Source: a virus
IMG/VR virus record: IMGVR_UViG_3300047678_000431
Coordinates: 1-64,000 of that record
Length of the DNA stretch: 64,000 bases
Strand: one strand, 5' to 3'
The notes under the pieces were generated by a model. It had not been told where the DNA came from. It made no database searches and saw nothing but the letters and a program-made list of their open reading frames with translations. The position numbers and the translations under genes are program-made. Below, in pieces: positions 17,301-26,802 of the stretch (its first letter is position 1; each line of letters starts with the position of its first letter).

Positions 17301-17705
17301 TTATTTCTTAGTAAGGATCGGCGGCGGTGAGATCGAGAGTCGCTCAAGAATTGCCCGATGATGACGCGCGTGCCGGTGCCCAAACATCGACCCGAGCCAT
17401 GTCTCATTGCAATTCGGCGAGGCATTCATCGCTTCGGCAAACGATCGCGGAGCCGCGTCGTGATACCCGCACGCCTTGCACTCAATATCGAGGCGGGGAT
17501 CGGTTGCATCTTGCACGGCATGAGCAAGGGCGAAGACGACCTCGGCAATATCGCAGAAGTTTCCCTCAAGTTGATCCGGCGGCGATAGGTCCGCGAGATT
17601 CACGCGTGCTGCGCGCCGGTCCATCTCTTCCATAAGTTGCGTGTACTCGTGCGGTTCAAATTCGTCGACGTGATAAAGAGATGAAATCGGCATCCTATAT
17701 TTCAC
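17301..17705 (-). CDS. hypothetical protein (CxxC)
   Basis: Coupled minus-strand run. Confidence 0.6.
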   Translation of the reverse strand: MKYRMPISSLYHVDEFEPHEYTQLMEEMDRRAARVNLADLSPPDQLEGNFCDIAEVVFALAHAVQDATDPRLDIECKACGYHDAAPRSFAEAMNASPNCNETWLGSMFGHRHARHHRAILERLSISPPPILTKK

Positions 17706-18048
17706 CGTCGTTCAATTCGGGAAACTCTTTTTCGAAAGCCGCATGAAGGTCTTGAATATCCATGCGGGCATTGTCGCAAATAGATGGGCCGCGTTTTCCG
17801 GCTTCCGACTCGGGATATTTCTCGCGGAATCGAATTGCGTACGCACGCATCTCGCGCATGAGGGAGAGTGCGTCCCATATCATGCGCCCGAATTCACGCT
17901 CGTTCACCTGTGGTTCGCTAAAAGCCGGTGCATTGATCGGGCGCGGAATCTTGGTTGCATCGACAACGATATTCTTGTCCTGGCGCGCTCGTTTGCGATT
18001 GAAATTCATGGCAAAATGACCCCTTTGTTCCTTGCATATTACATCCAC
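17695..18048 (-). CDS. hypothetical protein
   Basis: Overlapping minus-strand run. Confidence 0.55.
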   Translation of the reverse strand: MDVICKEQRGHFAMNFNRKRARQDKNIVVDATKIPRPINAPAFSEPQVNEREFGRMIWDALSLMREMRAYAIRFREKYPESEAGKRGPSICDNARMDIQDLHAAFEKEFPELNDGEI

Positions 18049-18497
18049 CGTTCGAGTACTCCGGGTTCGTCTTGCGCGCGAATGGTCGTCCGTTGAAGGT
18101 GAATCTCCGAAAACGCCGCGCGCATCATATCGAGCGTGTTCGATGCAAGCTGCGCCCTTGTCTTAAACGAACCCTCGGTCGTGGCAAAGGAAAGCGCCGC
18201 GATATAATGCCGAACCGAATCCTTCATCCATGACGGATCGAGAATCGTCCATACCGGCAACGTCGGCGGAAGACCGAGAACCTCGCGTTCCTGGTCAATT
18301 ACTTGGCGCATCCAGCATGCCGCATGATTCCAGGTGAAAAGCGATCCGTATGCATCGCCGACTTGAAATACCGAAACCGGAACGCATCGTTCTCCGATCT
18401 CCTCGTCGCAGTGCCGACATATCGTCTTCGCTCGTTTGCCGATATTGTCGTCGCTAATCATGCCGGTCGACTGAATCGAGGTGTTCGGTTTAGGCAT
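18039..18497 (-). CDS. zinc-binding hypothetical protein
   Basis: CRHCDEEI...WNHAAC (CxxC...HxxC); ATG overlaps the upstream stop. Confidence 0.6.
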   Translation of the reverse strand: MPKPNTSIQSTGMISDDNIGKRAKTICRHCDEEIGERCVPVSVFQVGDAYGSLFTWNHAACWMRQVIDQEREVLGLPPTLPVWTILDPSWMKDSVRHYIAALSFATTEGSFKTRAQLASNTLDMMRAAFSEIHLQRTTIRAQDEPGVLERWM

Positions 18498-18786
18498 ACG
18501 CGAAAGGATTTTGCAAAGCTCGAATAAGGCGACGTGTGCCGTATTGCCTTTGCCATTCCCGCAGAGCCTCGCGAGGCGATACATTATAAAACCGCGCGAC
18601 GTACTCGCGCGCCTCTTCGAGAAGTCCGATACTACCGTGCGCGTAAAGGCAATCGTACACATACGGCGCGTGCGAAAAGAGATTCACCGTTTCGACCGGG
18701 TGGGGGTTCGGCACGATGATTCGCAGTCGTCCGAATCGCGTTTCGATGTCAATGACAGAGGCCGGAAAGCCCTCTGCGATGCTCAA
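18490..18786 (-). CDS. hypothetical protein (start uncertain)
   Basis: Fills the gap between the XRE gene and 18497; protein-like C-terminus; no clear ATG. Confidence 0.4.
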   Translation of the reverse strand: MSIAEGFPASVIDIETRFGRLRIIVPNPHPVETVNLFSHAPYVYDCLYAHGSIGLLEEAREYVARFYNVSPREALREWQRQYGTRRLIRALQNPFAYA

Positions 18787-18817
18787 TGCGATTTTCTCAT
18801 TCGCCTCGATTAGGCGA

Positions 18818-19087
18818 TCACCGAGGCGCGTCCTCGCGGATGGCCGAGCCCTTGCTTGCTTTTGCTTGATTGTAGAGATCGGTAATGAAGGCCGGATCGA
18901 CCTTGAAGAGTTCTGCGATGCGTTTGAGGTTGCGGACGTGAGGGATTGCGTGCGCATGTTCCCACATGGAAACGCTAACCCGCGAGACACCAAGGCGTTC
19001 GGCAAGGGCCGTCGACGTTAGCGGTAAGCTTCGACGCGCATTGCGCAAAAATTCCGAGAAAGCCGTCGGCGGCGAATAGCGCAACAT
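18818..19087 (-). CDS. XRE/Cro-C1 family HTH regulator
   Basis: FLRNARRSLPLTSTALAERLGVSRVSVSMWEHAHAIPHVRNLKRIAELF. Confidence 0.85.
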   Translation of the reverse strand: MLRYSPPTAFSEFLRNARRSLPLTSTALAERLGVSRVSVSMWEHAHAIPHVRNLKRIAELFKVDPAFITDLYNQAKASKGSAIREDAPR

Positions 19088-19193
19088 GCAAAGAATCCCA
19101 CGGGTGCAGTATATGCCTGTAGTATCGGCATATCCCGAGGATTCGTTACGTGGAAGGCCGAGCAAGCGCGCCGATTGAATCTCTGTTCGGTAT

Positions 19194-19517
19194 ATGCAAG
19201 AAGATATTTCATCCGAGCCGATTCCTCCGAGTGTGGCCGACCGGGTATTCTTCACGAAGGCGCAACTTATCGAAGTGCTTCGAGCGTTGCCCGACGATAT
19301 GCCCATATTTCTTGCGATCGGAAACGATCAATGGAAAACGAAATTTCCAATGACATCCTATTCTTTTAGTACGACATTCCGTGATGGCGTGATTTTGTCG
19401 TTTGATCCGATTGGTCTTTCTCGCCTACTTGCACGGGTTAAATATGAACTGTTGCCGGAGACTGAGGAACTCGATCAAGGGTACGGTGAAGATTTCATCC
19501 CTGATGCCGATTTATAG
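19194..19517 (+). CDS. hypothetical protein
   Basis: First gene of a divergent run; TKAQLIEVLRALPDDMPI is a common phage N-terminal motif. Confidence 0.6.
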   Translation: MQEDISSEPIPPSVADRVFFTKAQLIEVLRALPDDMPIFLAIGNDQWKTKFPMTSYSFSTTFRDGVILSFDPIGLSRLLARVKYELLPETEELDQGYGEDFIPDADL

Positions 19518-19520
19518 ATC

Positions 19521-19805
19521 ATGAACCTTTTCGTCAGTCTTTTGGTCGGCGCATGGACCTTGTCTCCGATCGTCGCAGGTTTCATGATGGATCGCGCTAT
19601 GCGTAAGGCCGAAGCGATCGCCGATGTTCACGAAAAAGAACACGAGGGAGCGATTGCGGCTCTCCGGTTGCATCTTAAATATATGACTGAGGGATTGACG
19701 ATCTCTCGCGACAACGAGCGCAAATACATCAACGCGATCGAAGTATTGCGTCGCGAGAATGCAGACTTGCGCGTTGCGAATGCGGAGATGAAAAACGCGA
19801 CATGA
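19521..19805 (+). CDS. membrane-anchored coiled-coil protein
   Basis: N-terminal TM then coiled coil. Confidence 0.6.
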   Translation: MNLFVSLLVGAWTLSPIVAGFMMDRAMRKAEAIADVHEKEHEGAIAALRLHLKYMTEGLTISRDNERKYINAIEVLRRENADLRVANAEMKNAT

Positions 19806-20233
19806 GTGCAACGCAGTTTTTCGGTGCGATGATCGCCGCATGTGTCGCAGGTATGCACATCAATCGTTTATATCATAGGTGGACCGAGCCCGCATGGCGC
19901 AAGGCTTCGCGATTGTATGCCGATCAGTTGAATGAGTATGAAGACAAAGTTGCGGGACTCACCGCGCGCAATAATGTGCATGCGCAAGAATTACGGCATG
20001 AACGGGAACAATTTCGCATCCTTGGAATTGAATTAAAGAAGATGCGAACGACGTGCAGTGATTTACGAAATGAACTCGGGATTGCGAAGTATGAACGCGA
20101 TGGGTATCTCGAACGATTGCTCTTGTCACCTGAACAACGGCACCCGTTTATTGTCGAAATGAATCGCAAGCGTGATCAACAGACATATGGAAAAATCGTA
20201 AAGAAACCGACGGATGTGCCCCCTAAAGTGTAA
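19802..20233 (+). CDS. membrane-anchored coiled-coil protein
   Basis: ATGA overlap; N-terminal hydrophobic stretch and heptads. Confidence 0.6.
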   Translation: MSATQFFGAMIAACVAGMHINRLYHRWTEPAWRKASRLYADQLNEYEDKVAGLTARNNVHAQELRHEREQFRILGIELKKMRTTCSDLRNELGIAKYERDGYLERLLLSPEQRHPFIVEMNRKRDQQTYGKIVKKPTDVPPKV

Positions 20234-20257
20234 AGAGTTGCGGCCGATCATTTCGAT

Positions 20258-20536
20258 ATGAATAAACTCGGACCGAAGGCGTCAATCTCGCTCACCAAAC
20301 GCGAACGCGAAGTCCTGGTCCTGGTCGGTTCGGGTGCCTCAAATATGGAGATCGCCGCCGATCTCAATATCGGGTATGAAACCGTGATCACGCACGTTCA
20401 AAAGGCGATCGGTCGATTGCGTGCCCGGAATCGGATCGAGGCGTATAGTATTGCCTTGAGATCCGAGATGATCAAGATCTCTGAGATTCCGATCGGGAAG
20501 ATTCCGCGCGTGAACCGCGAAGTCGTGCCTCGGTGA
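20258..20536 (+). CDS. stand-alone LuxR-type HTH regulator
   Basis: LTKREREVLVLVGSGASNMEIAADLNIGYETVITHVQKAIGRLRARNRIEA. Confidence 0.9.
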   Translation: MNKLGPKASISLTKREREVLVLVGSGASNMEIAADLNIGYETVITHVQKAIGRLRARNRIEAYSIALRSEMIKISEIPIGKIPRVNREVVPR

Positions 20537-20754
20537 GTCTTTCCTGGTATGTGCATTGCTCCGTTCTCGGATGTGCTGATGATAAGTCGATCTCTCTACC
20601 AAATCATGCAATATCTGTCGATGAGTTTGCGCGAATTCTCATGACGGTTCATGCATGGGGAATACAAGTGATCTCGGCCGGTCCTCCATTAGATGCGCGG
20701 TACTTTTGCCCCGATCATACCAAGGATTCCGCCGCGAATAATCTCAAGGGTTGA
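20533..20754 (+). CDS. small zinc-binding protein
   Basis: CSVLGC...GW-like...YFCPDH; GTGA overlap. Confidence 0.6.
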   Translation: MSLSWYVHCSVLGCADDKSISLPNHAISVDEFARILMTVHAWGIQVISAGPPLDARYFCPDHTKDSAANNLKG

Positions 20755-20757
20755 CGA

Positions 20758-21072
20758 ATGCCACATGTACGCCTTGCATCCAAGAGATGCGCGACCTGCA
20801 TCTTCAATCCGCAATCGGGTTTTGACCTCGATGAATTGCGTAAACGCTGGCGGAATCATGGGCATCAAACTTGCCATCAATTCTATATTCAAGGACAGCG
20901 TAAGCGTACCGCTAAGGGCGAAAGTCGTGACGTATGGTGTCGAGGGTTTTGGGATAACGAAATGCCTGCGGATCAAAAAGAATTGCTCACGCAATGCTGC
21001 CTCGTCGAGATCGTTCCGCAAAAAAGTCCGCCGGTCCGCAAATGTGCGACCAAAGTCTCACCTTCTCTCTAG
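20758..21072 (+). CDS. Cys-rich hypothetical protein
   Basis: CATCIF...TCHQ...WCRGF motif. Confidence 0.65.
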   Translation: MPHVRLASKRCATCIFNPQSGFDLDELRKRWRNHGHQTCHQFYIQGQRKRTAKGESRDVWCRGFWDNEMPADQKELLTQCCLVEIVPQKSPPVRKCATKVSPSL

Positions 21073-21172
21073 GATTTCGAAAGTATCAGCAAATCGTGGT
21101 TTGGTGATATTAGGAGAGACTAAGGACGAAGGACGATCCTCGCGCTCCTGCTTATTGAGGTTTTCCTAACGT

Positions 21173-21568
21173 ATGCAAGCACCTATTCCGCAACTAAAAG
21201 AAGGCGCATTCCCTCGGTTTGTCGACGGAATGACCGGCGAAGAGTACATTGCCGCGCTCGCTGATGGAAATCCCGGCGCCGTGGACGCAATAGTCAATAT
21301 GGTGTCAATTACGCAAAAGGCGTTTCCGAATGCGCCCGGCGGGGCACTCTGCGGCGTTCTCTTGCTCGATGATTTTGGAATTTATGGTCCCGACATATGG
21401 CGGTTGTTCAAAGATTGGTCGGATCGAAACCCTGTGTATATGCTCGGGATATTGACGCTCGCAAAGGTCGGTTTGTTGAAGATTGATCTTGACGCGAAAG
21501 GCCCGAACCTCGACAATTTACTCGAAGCAGTTCGTGAAGTGATCCCGGAATTTGCGGGTTTGCACTAA
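21173..21568 (+). CDS. conserved hypothetical phage protein
   Basis: LADGNPGA...LLLDDFGIYGPDIWRLFKD motif. Confidence 0.7.
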   Translation: MQAPIPQLKEGAFPRFVDGMTGEEYIAALADGNPGAVDAIVNMVSITQKAFPNAPGGALCGVLLLDDFGIYGPDIWRLFKDWSDRNPVYMLGILTLAKVGLLKIDLDAKGPNLDNLLEAVREVIPEFAGLH

Positions 21569-21570
21569 TT

Positions 21571-21897
21571 ATGACGGAACCGAATTCAATAGATGATCAA
21601 TTCGAGCGCGAACTCGCAAAAATGATTCCTATTGTCGATGCTCTTCAAAAGATCGAACAATATGCCGAACAAGAAAACAATCATTTCCTCGCGGCGGTTT
21701 TTTATCTCATTCGCTGCGGTGATTGCGAAGCAGCGCAAAAGGCGATTGCACTAATGGAGTTAGCGGACGATTTTTCCGGGGAGCCGCCGCATTCCGAAAC
21801 ATACCGAAAAAATCTTATTGATCAACGCGATGAACTCACGCGTGATCGCATCCCGATTTTCGGGATACTCATGTTCGAGGGCGAAGGTCGTGTATAA
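21571..21897 (+). CDS. hypothetical protein
   Basis: Operon spacing. Confidence 0.6.
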   Translation: MTEPNSIDDQFERELAKMIPIVDALQKIEQYAEQENNHFLAAVFYLIRCGDCEAAQKAIALMELADDFSGEPPHSETYRKNLIDQRDELTRDRIPIFGILMFEGEGRV

Positions 21898-22197
21898 GTG
21901 AAGTCACCGTTTACGCGCGAAGAAGTTGACACTCGAAGCATCCACATCGAAACGCTTTATTCTCTCGAAAAGGGCAAAGGTTTTGTCGGTATTCTTTGGG
22001 GCGATAATGTCGCGCAATTAACACCGAACGAAGCGCGCGAACACGCATTGAAAATCATTGAAGCCGCAAGCGTTGCCGAACAAGACGACATCACAATGAA
22101 ATGGTTGCAGCAACGTGTCGGCGTTGACGATATGGACGCCGCGCGAATGTTGCAAGACCTTCGCGCCATTCGCACCGGCATACGCGAGAAGGAATGA
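21898..22197 (+). CDS. hypothetical protein
   Basis: QLTPNEAREHALKIIEAASVAEQD; abuts the previous stop. Confidence 0.65.
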   Translation: MKSPFTREEVDTRSIHIETLYSLEKGKGFVGILWGDNVAQLTPNEAREHALKIIEAASVAEQDDITMKWLQQRVGVDDMDAARMLQDLRAIRTGIREKE

Positions 22198-22322
22198 ATC
22201 GCGTACAAAAAATTTGCGTTTGCATCATGATATGGTGCGCGATCATGTTTTGTTGGTCGGCGATGATGTGCATGCGATCTCTCGTGTTATTGCAACACGA
22301 GTCGCTCCTTCACGAAAAATAG
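22194..22322 (+). CDS. 42-aa single-TM protein (not in ORF track)
   Basis: ATGA overlap; MNRVQKICVCIMIWCAIMFCWSAMMCMRSLVLLQHESLLHEK. Confidence 0.45.
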   Translation: MNRVQKICVCIMIWCAIMFCWSAMMCMRSLVLLQHESLLHEK

Positions 22323-22400
22323 AAAACGCCCTTAATCTTTTTTCCTAATTGCCGATAGCTTTTAGAAGAGAACCGCAATAAGTTCTTCACTGCTTAGGAT

Positions 22401-22643
22401 ATGGGAGATTCGTACATCATGGCCTCGACAATGACACCCGATCGCACGACGATGAAATTCTCGATAAACGTCGGGACGGACGTCGGTTCGATCGTTCGCA
22501 ACGCGGCATTCCACATGCGTCTTTCCGAGAGTTCGATTTTTGAAGTCGCGCTCAAACAGATTTTTCACGGTAAGACCGAGGCGCAACTCGAGAAGTTTTT
22601 GCGCGACAATGGTGCATCGTTGCGCCGAAATGCGCAGGGTTAA
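22401..22643 (+). CDS. ribbon-helix-helix-like DNA-binding protein
   Basis: MKFSINV strand followed by two helices (SESSIFEVALK); the true start is probably a downstream ATG after GGGAG. Confidence 0.55.
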   Translation: MGDSYIMASTMTPDRTTMKFSINVGTDVGSIVRNAAFHMRLSESSIFEVALKQIFHGKTEAQLEKFLRDNGASLRRNAQG

Positions 22644-22646
22644 ACG

Positions 22647-23105
22647 ATGAGCCGGTTCGATGATGGTGATTATGACACCGACGACTATGGTGAATTGCGC
22701 ATGTATGGATGGGAAAACGCAACGAACCGCGCGTTTAACGGAAAGCGCGGCCTCGTCGTGTTGCAAGAGATGGAACGCGCGCTCCTTGCGTTGCCCCAAC
22801 CTCGTTTGATTGCGAATTATGTCGCCCATGAGGGTGAAGTCTGCGCGGTTGGCGCTTTTGCAAAATACAAAGGCGTCGACCTCGCGGAATTTGAGGCACT
22901 AGATGAAGACGAAGCCGATTCAAACGATACAGCAAATCTCGGCATTCGTGCCGGTATGCAACGCACAATCGCATGGACGCTCGCACATATGAACGATGAA
23001 GTTTGTTCGAGAAAAACGCCGGAAGAACGATTCGAATATGTTCTTGGATATGTGCGCAGCATGATTCTACAGAATCCGCATCATCTTTCGCCGGTAGACG
23101 CGTGA
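22647..23105 (+). CDS. conserved hypothetical phage protein
   Basis: MSR..D...GKRG..L.E...AL.ALP..RLI...GEVCAVGA motif. Confidence 0.75.
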   Translation: MSRFDDGDYDTDDYGELRMYGWENATNRAFNGKRGLVVLQEMERALLALPQPRLIANYVAHEGEVCAVGAFAKYKGVDLAEFEALDEDEADSNDTANLGIRAGMQRTIAWTLAHMNDEVCSRKTPEERFEYVLGYVRSMILQNPHHLSPVDA

Positions 23106-24385
23106 TGTTCGCATTTGCACCGATCCTCGCAACCCTTATCGCCGGTCAATCGGCGTTTGGATATTCGCAGTCGATCGGTGAGAATATTCACATCGACGAC
23201 CCGGTTGGTCAGTGGCAAAATTATGATTTCATCGAGCGCCTTCTGATCGGCATGGGCGTGCGATCGGTGCGTTCAAGTCTCACGATCCTTCCGGGTCCAT
23301 CGAACGCATATGCTTCGTTCATGACAAAACTCGCCGCCGATGGCATCACATCCGATAATATTGTCGGGCCGAATATCACGACGACGGCGCAGATTCAAAC
23401 GCTTTTGAGTTATGCGCCGGGCGTGATCTCGCTTGAAGGGCCGAACGAGCAGGACATCTGCTGCAACGATTCCGCGTGGATTGCGCACGATCAGGCGACG
23501 ACCGCCGCGATGGCGCCGATACACGGAGAGAATCCGGCGATGACCATCATCGCACCGTCGGTCGCAAGCAACGATCCGGCCCTTCTCGGCAATCTCGCCG
23601 GTGAAGTGCAATCGGGCAACATGCATCCGTATCGCGGATCGTTTATTCCTGAATCGCTCGGGTGGGGCGGTGTTTTTTACGGACAAGTGTACGGGAGTCT
23701 CGCATATAATATTGCGGCCGCGCAACGCAGCGCCGTCGGCCTGCCGGTCATATCAACGGAAGAAAGTTACACGACCGGGACGGTGTCCGAATCGACGCAA
23801 GCATCGTACGACGAACGGTTCACCCTTTGGGCGTACATGCACGGCATTTTGAAGCAATATCTGTATGATCTCCTCGATGATAGCGAGAGCTTCGGGGTCG
23901 CGCGTCTTGACGGTAGCTTGAAGCCGTCGGCGTACGGATTGCAGGGACTTTTCAGGATTCTTGCCGACTCGCAACCCGCCTCCGGTATGTGTTCTCTCGA
24001 CGTGAGTATCACGACGACGGTGCCCTATGATGCTCTTCTTCTCTGCAAGAGTAATGGCGAGCAAGATCTCGTTCTCTGGCAACCCGCACAACTGCAAGAT
24101 CCGCAAACCCTCGCGTCAACTCCGGCCACGCCCGCGCCGGTCACGGTTACCGCAAACACAACGGGACCGGCGATCGTCTATCTTCAATCGGCATCCTATC
24201 AATGGTCAAATGCAGTGCCGACGTCAAGTGGTAACGTGTCCGGCCGACTCACCGAGCGTCCCTTGATCATTGCGTTTCATGCGGCTTCTCCCGTCGTGAT
24301 TCCGCCGTTGCCGATCATGGGCACGGGGTTGATCCACGGGCACCCGATACCACCCGGCCGCATCCACGTATCGCCGGGGGCTTGA
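23105..24385 (+). CDS. exported clan GH-A-like glycoside hydrolase (TIM barrel)
   Basis: Hydrophobic N-terminus; EGPNE acid/base motif, GNMHPY, PVISTE nucleophile, FGVARLDGSLKPS. Confidence 0.75.
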   Translation: MFAFAPILATLIAGQSAFGYSQSIGENIHIDDPVGQWQNYDFIERLLIGMGVRSVRSSLTILPGPSNAYASFMTKLAADGITSDNIVGPNITTTAQIQTLLSYAPGVISLEGPNEQDICCNDSAWIAHDQATTAAMAPIHGENPAMTIIAPSVASNDPALLGNLAGEVQSGNMHPYRGSFIPESLGWGGVFYGQVYGSLAYNIAAAQRSAVGLPVISTEESYTTGTVSESTQASYDERFTLWAYMHGILKQYLYDLLDDSESFGVARLDGSLKPSAYGLQGLFRILADSQPASGMCSLDVSITTTVPYDALLLCKSNGEQDLVLWQPAQLQDPQTLASTPATPAPVTVTANTTGPAIVYLQSASYQWSNAVPTSSGNVSGRLTERPLIIAFHAASPVVIPPLPIMGTGLIHGHPIPPGRIHVSPGA

Positions 24386-24419
24386 AAGATCGCGCCCGTG
24401 CGCGGCTAAGAATGAAAAC

Positions 24420-24659
24420 ATGAAGAATCCGTTTGATTTCCACAAGCCGACGAGTGAAAGCAAAAAGAAAATGCAATCTATACGCGTGAGGTGTGTCGGA
24501 TTGCATAAAGCTCTTTTAGAGCATGTTCCCGAGTCGCGAGAACGTAGTCTTGCGATTACGAATCTTGAGCAGGCGGCGATGTGGGCAAATAAGGCGATCG
24601 CGTTTAATCAACCCGAAGAGGTGGTCGAGGTTTCCCCGGATTCCCCGGTGTCAACCTAA
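24420..24659 (+). CDS. Acb2/Tad1-like hairpin protein (putative immune-signal sponge)
   Basis: FDFHKP...VPESRERSLAITNLEQAAMWANKAIA resembles the Acb2/Tad1 hairpin consensus. Confidence 0.65.
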   Translation: MKNPFDFHKPTSESKKKMQSIRVRCVGLHKALLEHVPESRERSLAITNLEQAAMWANKAIAFNQPEEVVEVSPDSPVST

Positions 24660-24848
24660 CCCGTTTCGCTGCATCGCTTCGACCTGTTCGCGGACGGTCG
24701 TATATTGCTCGCCGGGGCCGTATCGCCACACGTAGCCGGTGACGATCGACTTCTTGCACCGATAGATGTCGAACTGACCGTCACGCTTCACGAATTTGCA
24801 ACACTGATCGCTTGGGTATCGCGGCCCGGCGTCTTTCTCCGTCAGCAT
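24651..24848 (-). CDS. hypothetical protein
   Basis: PRY...C..C.F...FDIYRC...RYG motif; last gene of the minus run. Confidence 0.6.
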   Translation of the reverse strand: MLTEKDAGPRYPSDQCCKFVKRDGQFDIYRCKKSIVTGYVWRYGPGEQYTTVREQVEAMQRNGLG

Positions 24849-25091
24849 TTAGGGCGGATACCGCCGGGCGGTCTTTCCTTCGCAATTTCCGCGCAAGGCC
24901 GCACGCTTGCAATGCGTGCGAATGGCGGTTCGCGGCCGGATATGCCGCGCGCTTCGGTGAGATCGCGGCGCGCTGCACATGCGCGAATCGGGTATCTTCG
25001 GTGACGAGATTGCAAGGATAGGGGTCGAGCGTTGTGACATACGCAGGATTCTCCGATCGCTGGCGGCCCGTACGGCGATGATGTCGATCAT
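24849..25091 (-). CDS. basic hypothetical protein
   Basis: Only positional support (ATGA overlap upstream, TAAATG downstream). Confidence 0.35.
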   Translation of the reverse strand: MIDIIAVRAASDRRILRMSQRSTPILAISSPKIPDSRMCSAPRSHRSARHIRPRTAIRTHCKRAALRGNCEGKTARRYPP

Positions 25092-25417
25092 GTCGACGCG
25101 GAAGGTTTTTCCTTTCTCTTGCGTTCACTCCTTTCCGCAAATTCTTCAAGTACGCGATTCGGTATCGTATCAGCTGGCCGAAGGAAACACATCATGCACG
25201 TGTCGATGTCGCACAGGCTTCCGCGTTTGTCGACTTCTAGATAATGGGAGTAGGTTTTCGGGCTCACAAAATGTATGGGCGGTCGAGTCTCTTGGGGCGT
25301 CGTTAGGTATTCGATGGATTTTTCAAGGTCTTCGCGGGTAAGGGGTAAGGTTCTGAAATTGTTTTGAAATGTGTACGGATGCAACATCCCCTCGAACTGG
25401 TTCTCCGCATCGCTCAT
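25088..25417 (-). CDS. hypothetical protein
   Basis: GGAG RBS, ATGA overlap; CDIDTCMMC. Confidence 0.6.
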   Translation of the reverse strand: MSDAENQFEGMLHPYTFQNNFRTLPLTREDLEKSIEYLTTPQETRPPIHFVSPKTYSHYLEVDKRGSLCDIDTCMMCFLRPADTIPNRVLEEFAERSERKRKEKPSAST

Positions 25418-25791
25418 TCGTTTAACTCCATGCCTTTATCGTCGCATCGCGCAAGGAATCCGCCCTCACCGAAATCAGCGGGATTACCATTATAATCGCA
25501 ATTTAGATCGTGCTGCGCGGCCTCTTCGTCTTTGCATTGCATGCAGTCGATCGGGTTGCATCCGAAGCGCAATTTGTGGAACGCAATCATGATGCGCGTC
25601 TCGATCATGTTGAATTTCTTCGCTTCGTTTGCGGTAATAATCCCCGCTCGTTTTTCCGAGAGGTTGTTCAGCGCCTCATTATGCAGTGATGGCATATAGT
25701 AGAGCGCGGTGAGCGTTGTCCCGAGCGCAAATCGGCGATAATCGCCATGCGTGATTGTTTCGGGTTCGGCATTGGCAATATCAAAGGCCAC
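25414..25791 (-). CDS. hypothetical protein
   Basis: AAAGGGG RBS before GTG; CNPIDCMQC. Confidence 0.6.
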   Translation of the reverse strand: MAFDIANAEPETITHGDYRRFALGTTLTALYYMPSLHNEALNNLSEKRAGIITANEAKKFNMIETRIMIAFHKLRFGCNPIDCMQCKDEEAAQHDLNCDYNGNPADFGEGGFLARCDDKGMELNE

Positions 25792-25873
25792 GGGTACCCC
25801 TTTCAGGTGCGTTTTTTCTTTTTATCGTCCGATAGCTCAAAAAGAACACACCGTCTCGGAAGGACGCTCTCGC

Positions 25874-26791
25874 ATGAATCTCCGCCCGATCCTCGCTGAT
25901 CTCCTCACGTTTATCGCCGAGGAAATCGGCAAAGTCGGCAGTGTGCTTCACACGCCGAAGAACGCCGTCACCCCTTCGCCTGTGAAGCACGTCATGAATG
26001 TGACGCCACCCGATCCCCTCGTCGTCGGGCCGTTTAAGAATACGCCCGCATTCCCGCTCGTGCATGGGACGATTCCGCTGATCATTCCCGACCCCTCACG
26101 TATCGTGCAATCCGATCAACAAACGACGCTCGCGTACGCGATTCTCGCGCATAACTCGGCATTGCCATTCGGGCCGGACGGATTGGTTCCGAACCCGCTA
26201 CGCGGCACGCCGCTCGATAACGGATCGGTCATTCATAAGATCGACTTCGCGACCGCAACAAAGATCGCGCAAGCGATCATCGCGACGACAAAGAATGAGA
26301 TCGACCTCGTTTTCGCGATTGGTCAAATCGCCATCGAATCGGTTTTTGATCCCCTTGCGGAAAACGGCAACTTCCAAGGGTCGAACAAAGAGAAAACGCT
26401 CGATGGATACGATCTTGGTCTTTGCCAACTCAAAGACCGTTACGTCATCGGCGCGCACGTCACGAACCCGAACGGCGTTCAGTGGATCGTGACAACGGCT
26501 GAAGAGGCCCGCACCGTTTCTCTCGACCCGGTCACGGCGCTTCCGATCTTCGTGCAGAAGCTCGCGGGCTTATTAGCTTGGGCGGATAAGACGATCCCGC
26601 AACTTTCATCGAACATCAACCCGAAATTCAGAAACCGCTATTATCTCGCGGCCGGTGCATACAATTTCGGCGAGAACGGCGTTCTCTCGGAGATCGCAAG
26701 CGGTGGGGATCTTGCCCATTGCGCGCACGTCGCTTCCCTGTCGGGAAGTTTTGCCCGTATCCTTGCACTGCCGAACCCGTTCGCGCCGTAA
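25874..26791 (+). CDS. lytic transglycosylase (SLT/lysozyme-like)
   Basis: Motifs I-III: IAIES, DLGLCQL, AGAYNFG; AAGGA RBS. Confidence 0.75.
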   Translation: MNLRPILADLLTFIAEEIGKVGSVLHTPKNAVTPSPVKHVMNVTPPDPLVVGPFKNTPAFPLVHGTIPLIIPDPSRIVQSDQQTTLAYAILAHNSALPFGPDGLVPNPLRGTPLDNGSVIHKIDFATATKIAQAIIATTKNEIDLVFAIGQIAIESVFDPLAENGNFQGSNKEKTLDGYDLGLCQLKDRYVIGAHVTNPNGVQWIVTTAEEARTVSLDPVTALPIFVQKLAGLLAWADKTIPQLSSNINPKFRNRYYLAAGAYNFGENGVLSEIASGGDLAHCAHVASLSGSFARILALPNPFAP

Positions 26792-26802
26792 GGCCGGACG
26801 AC

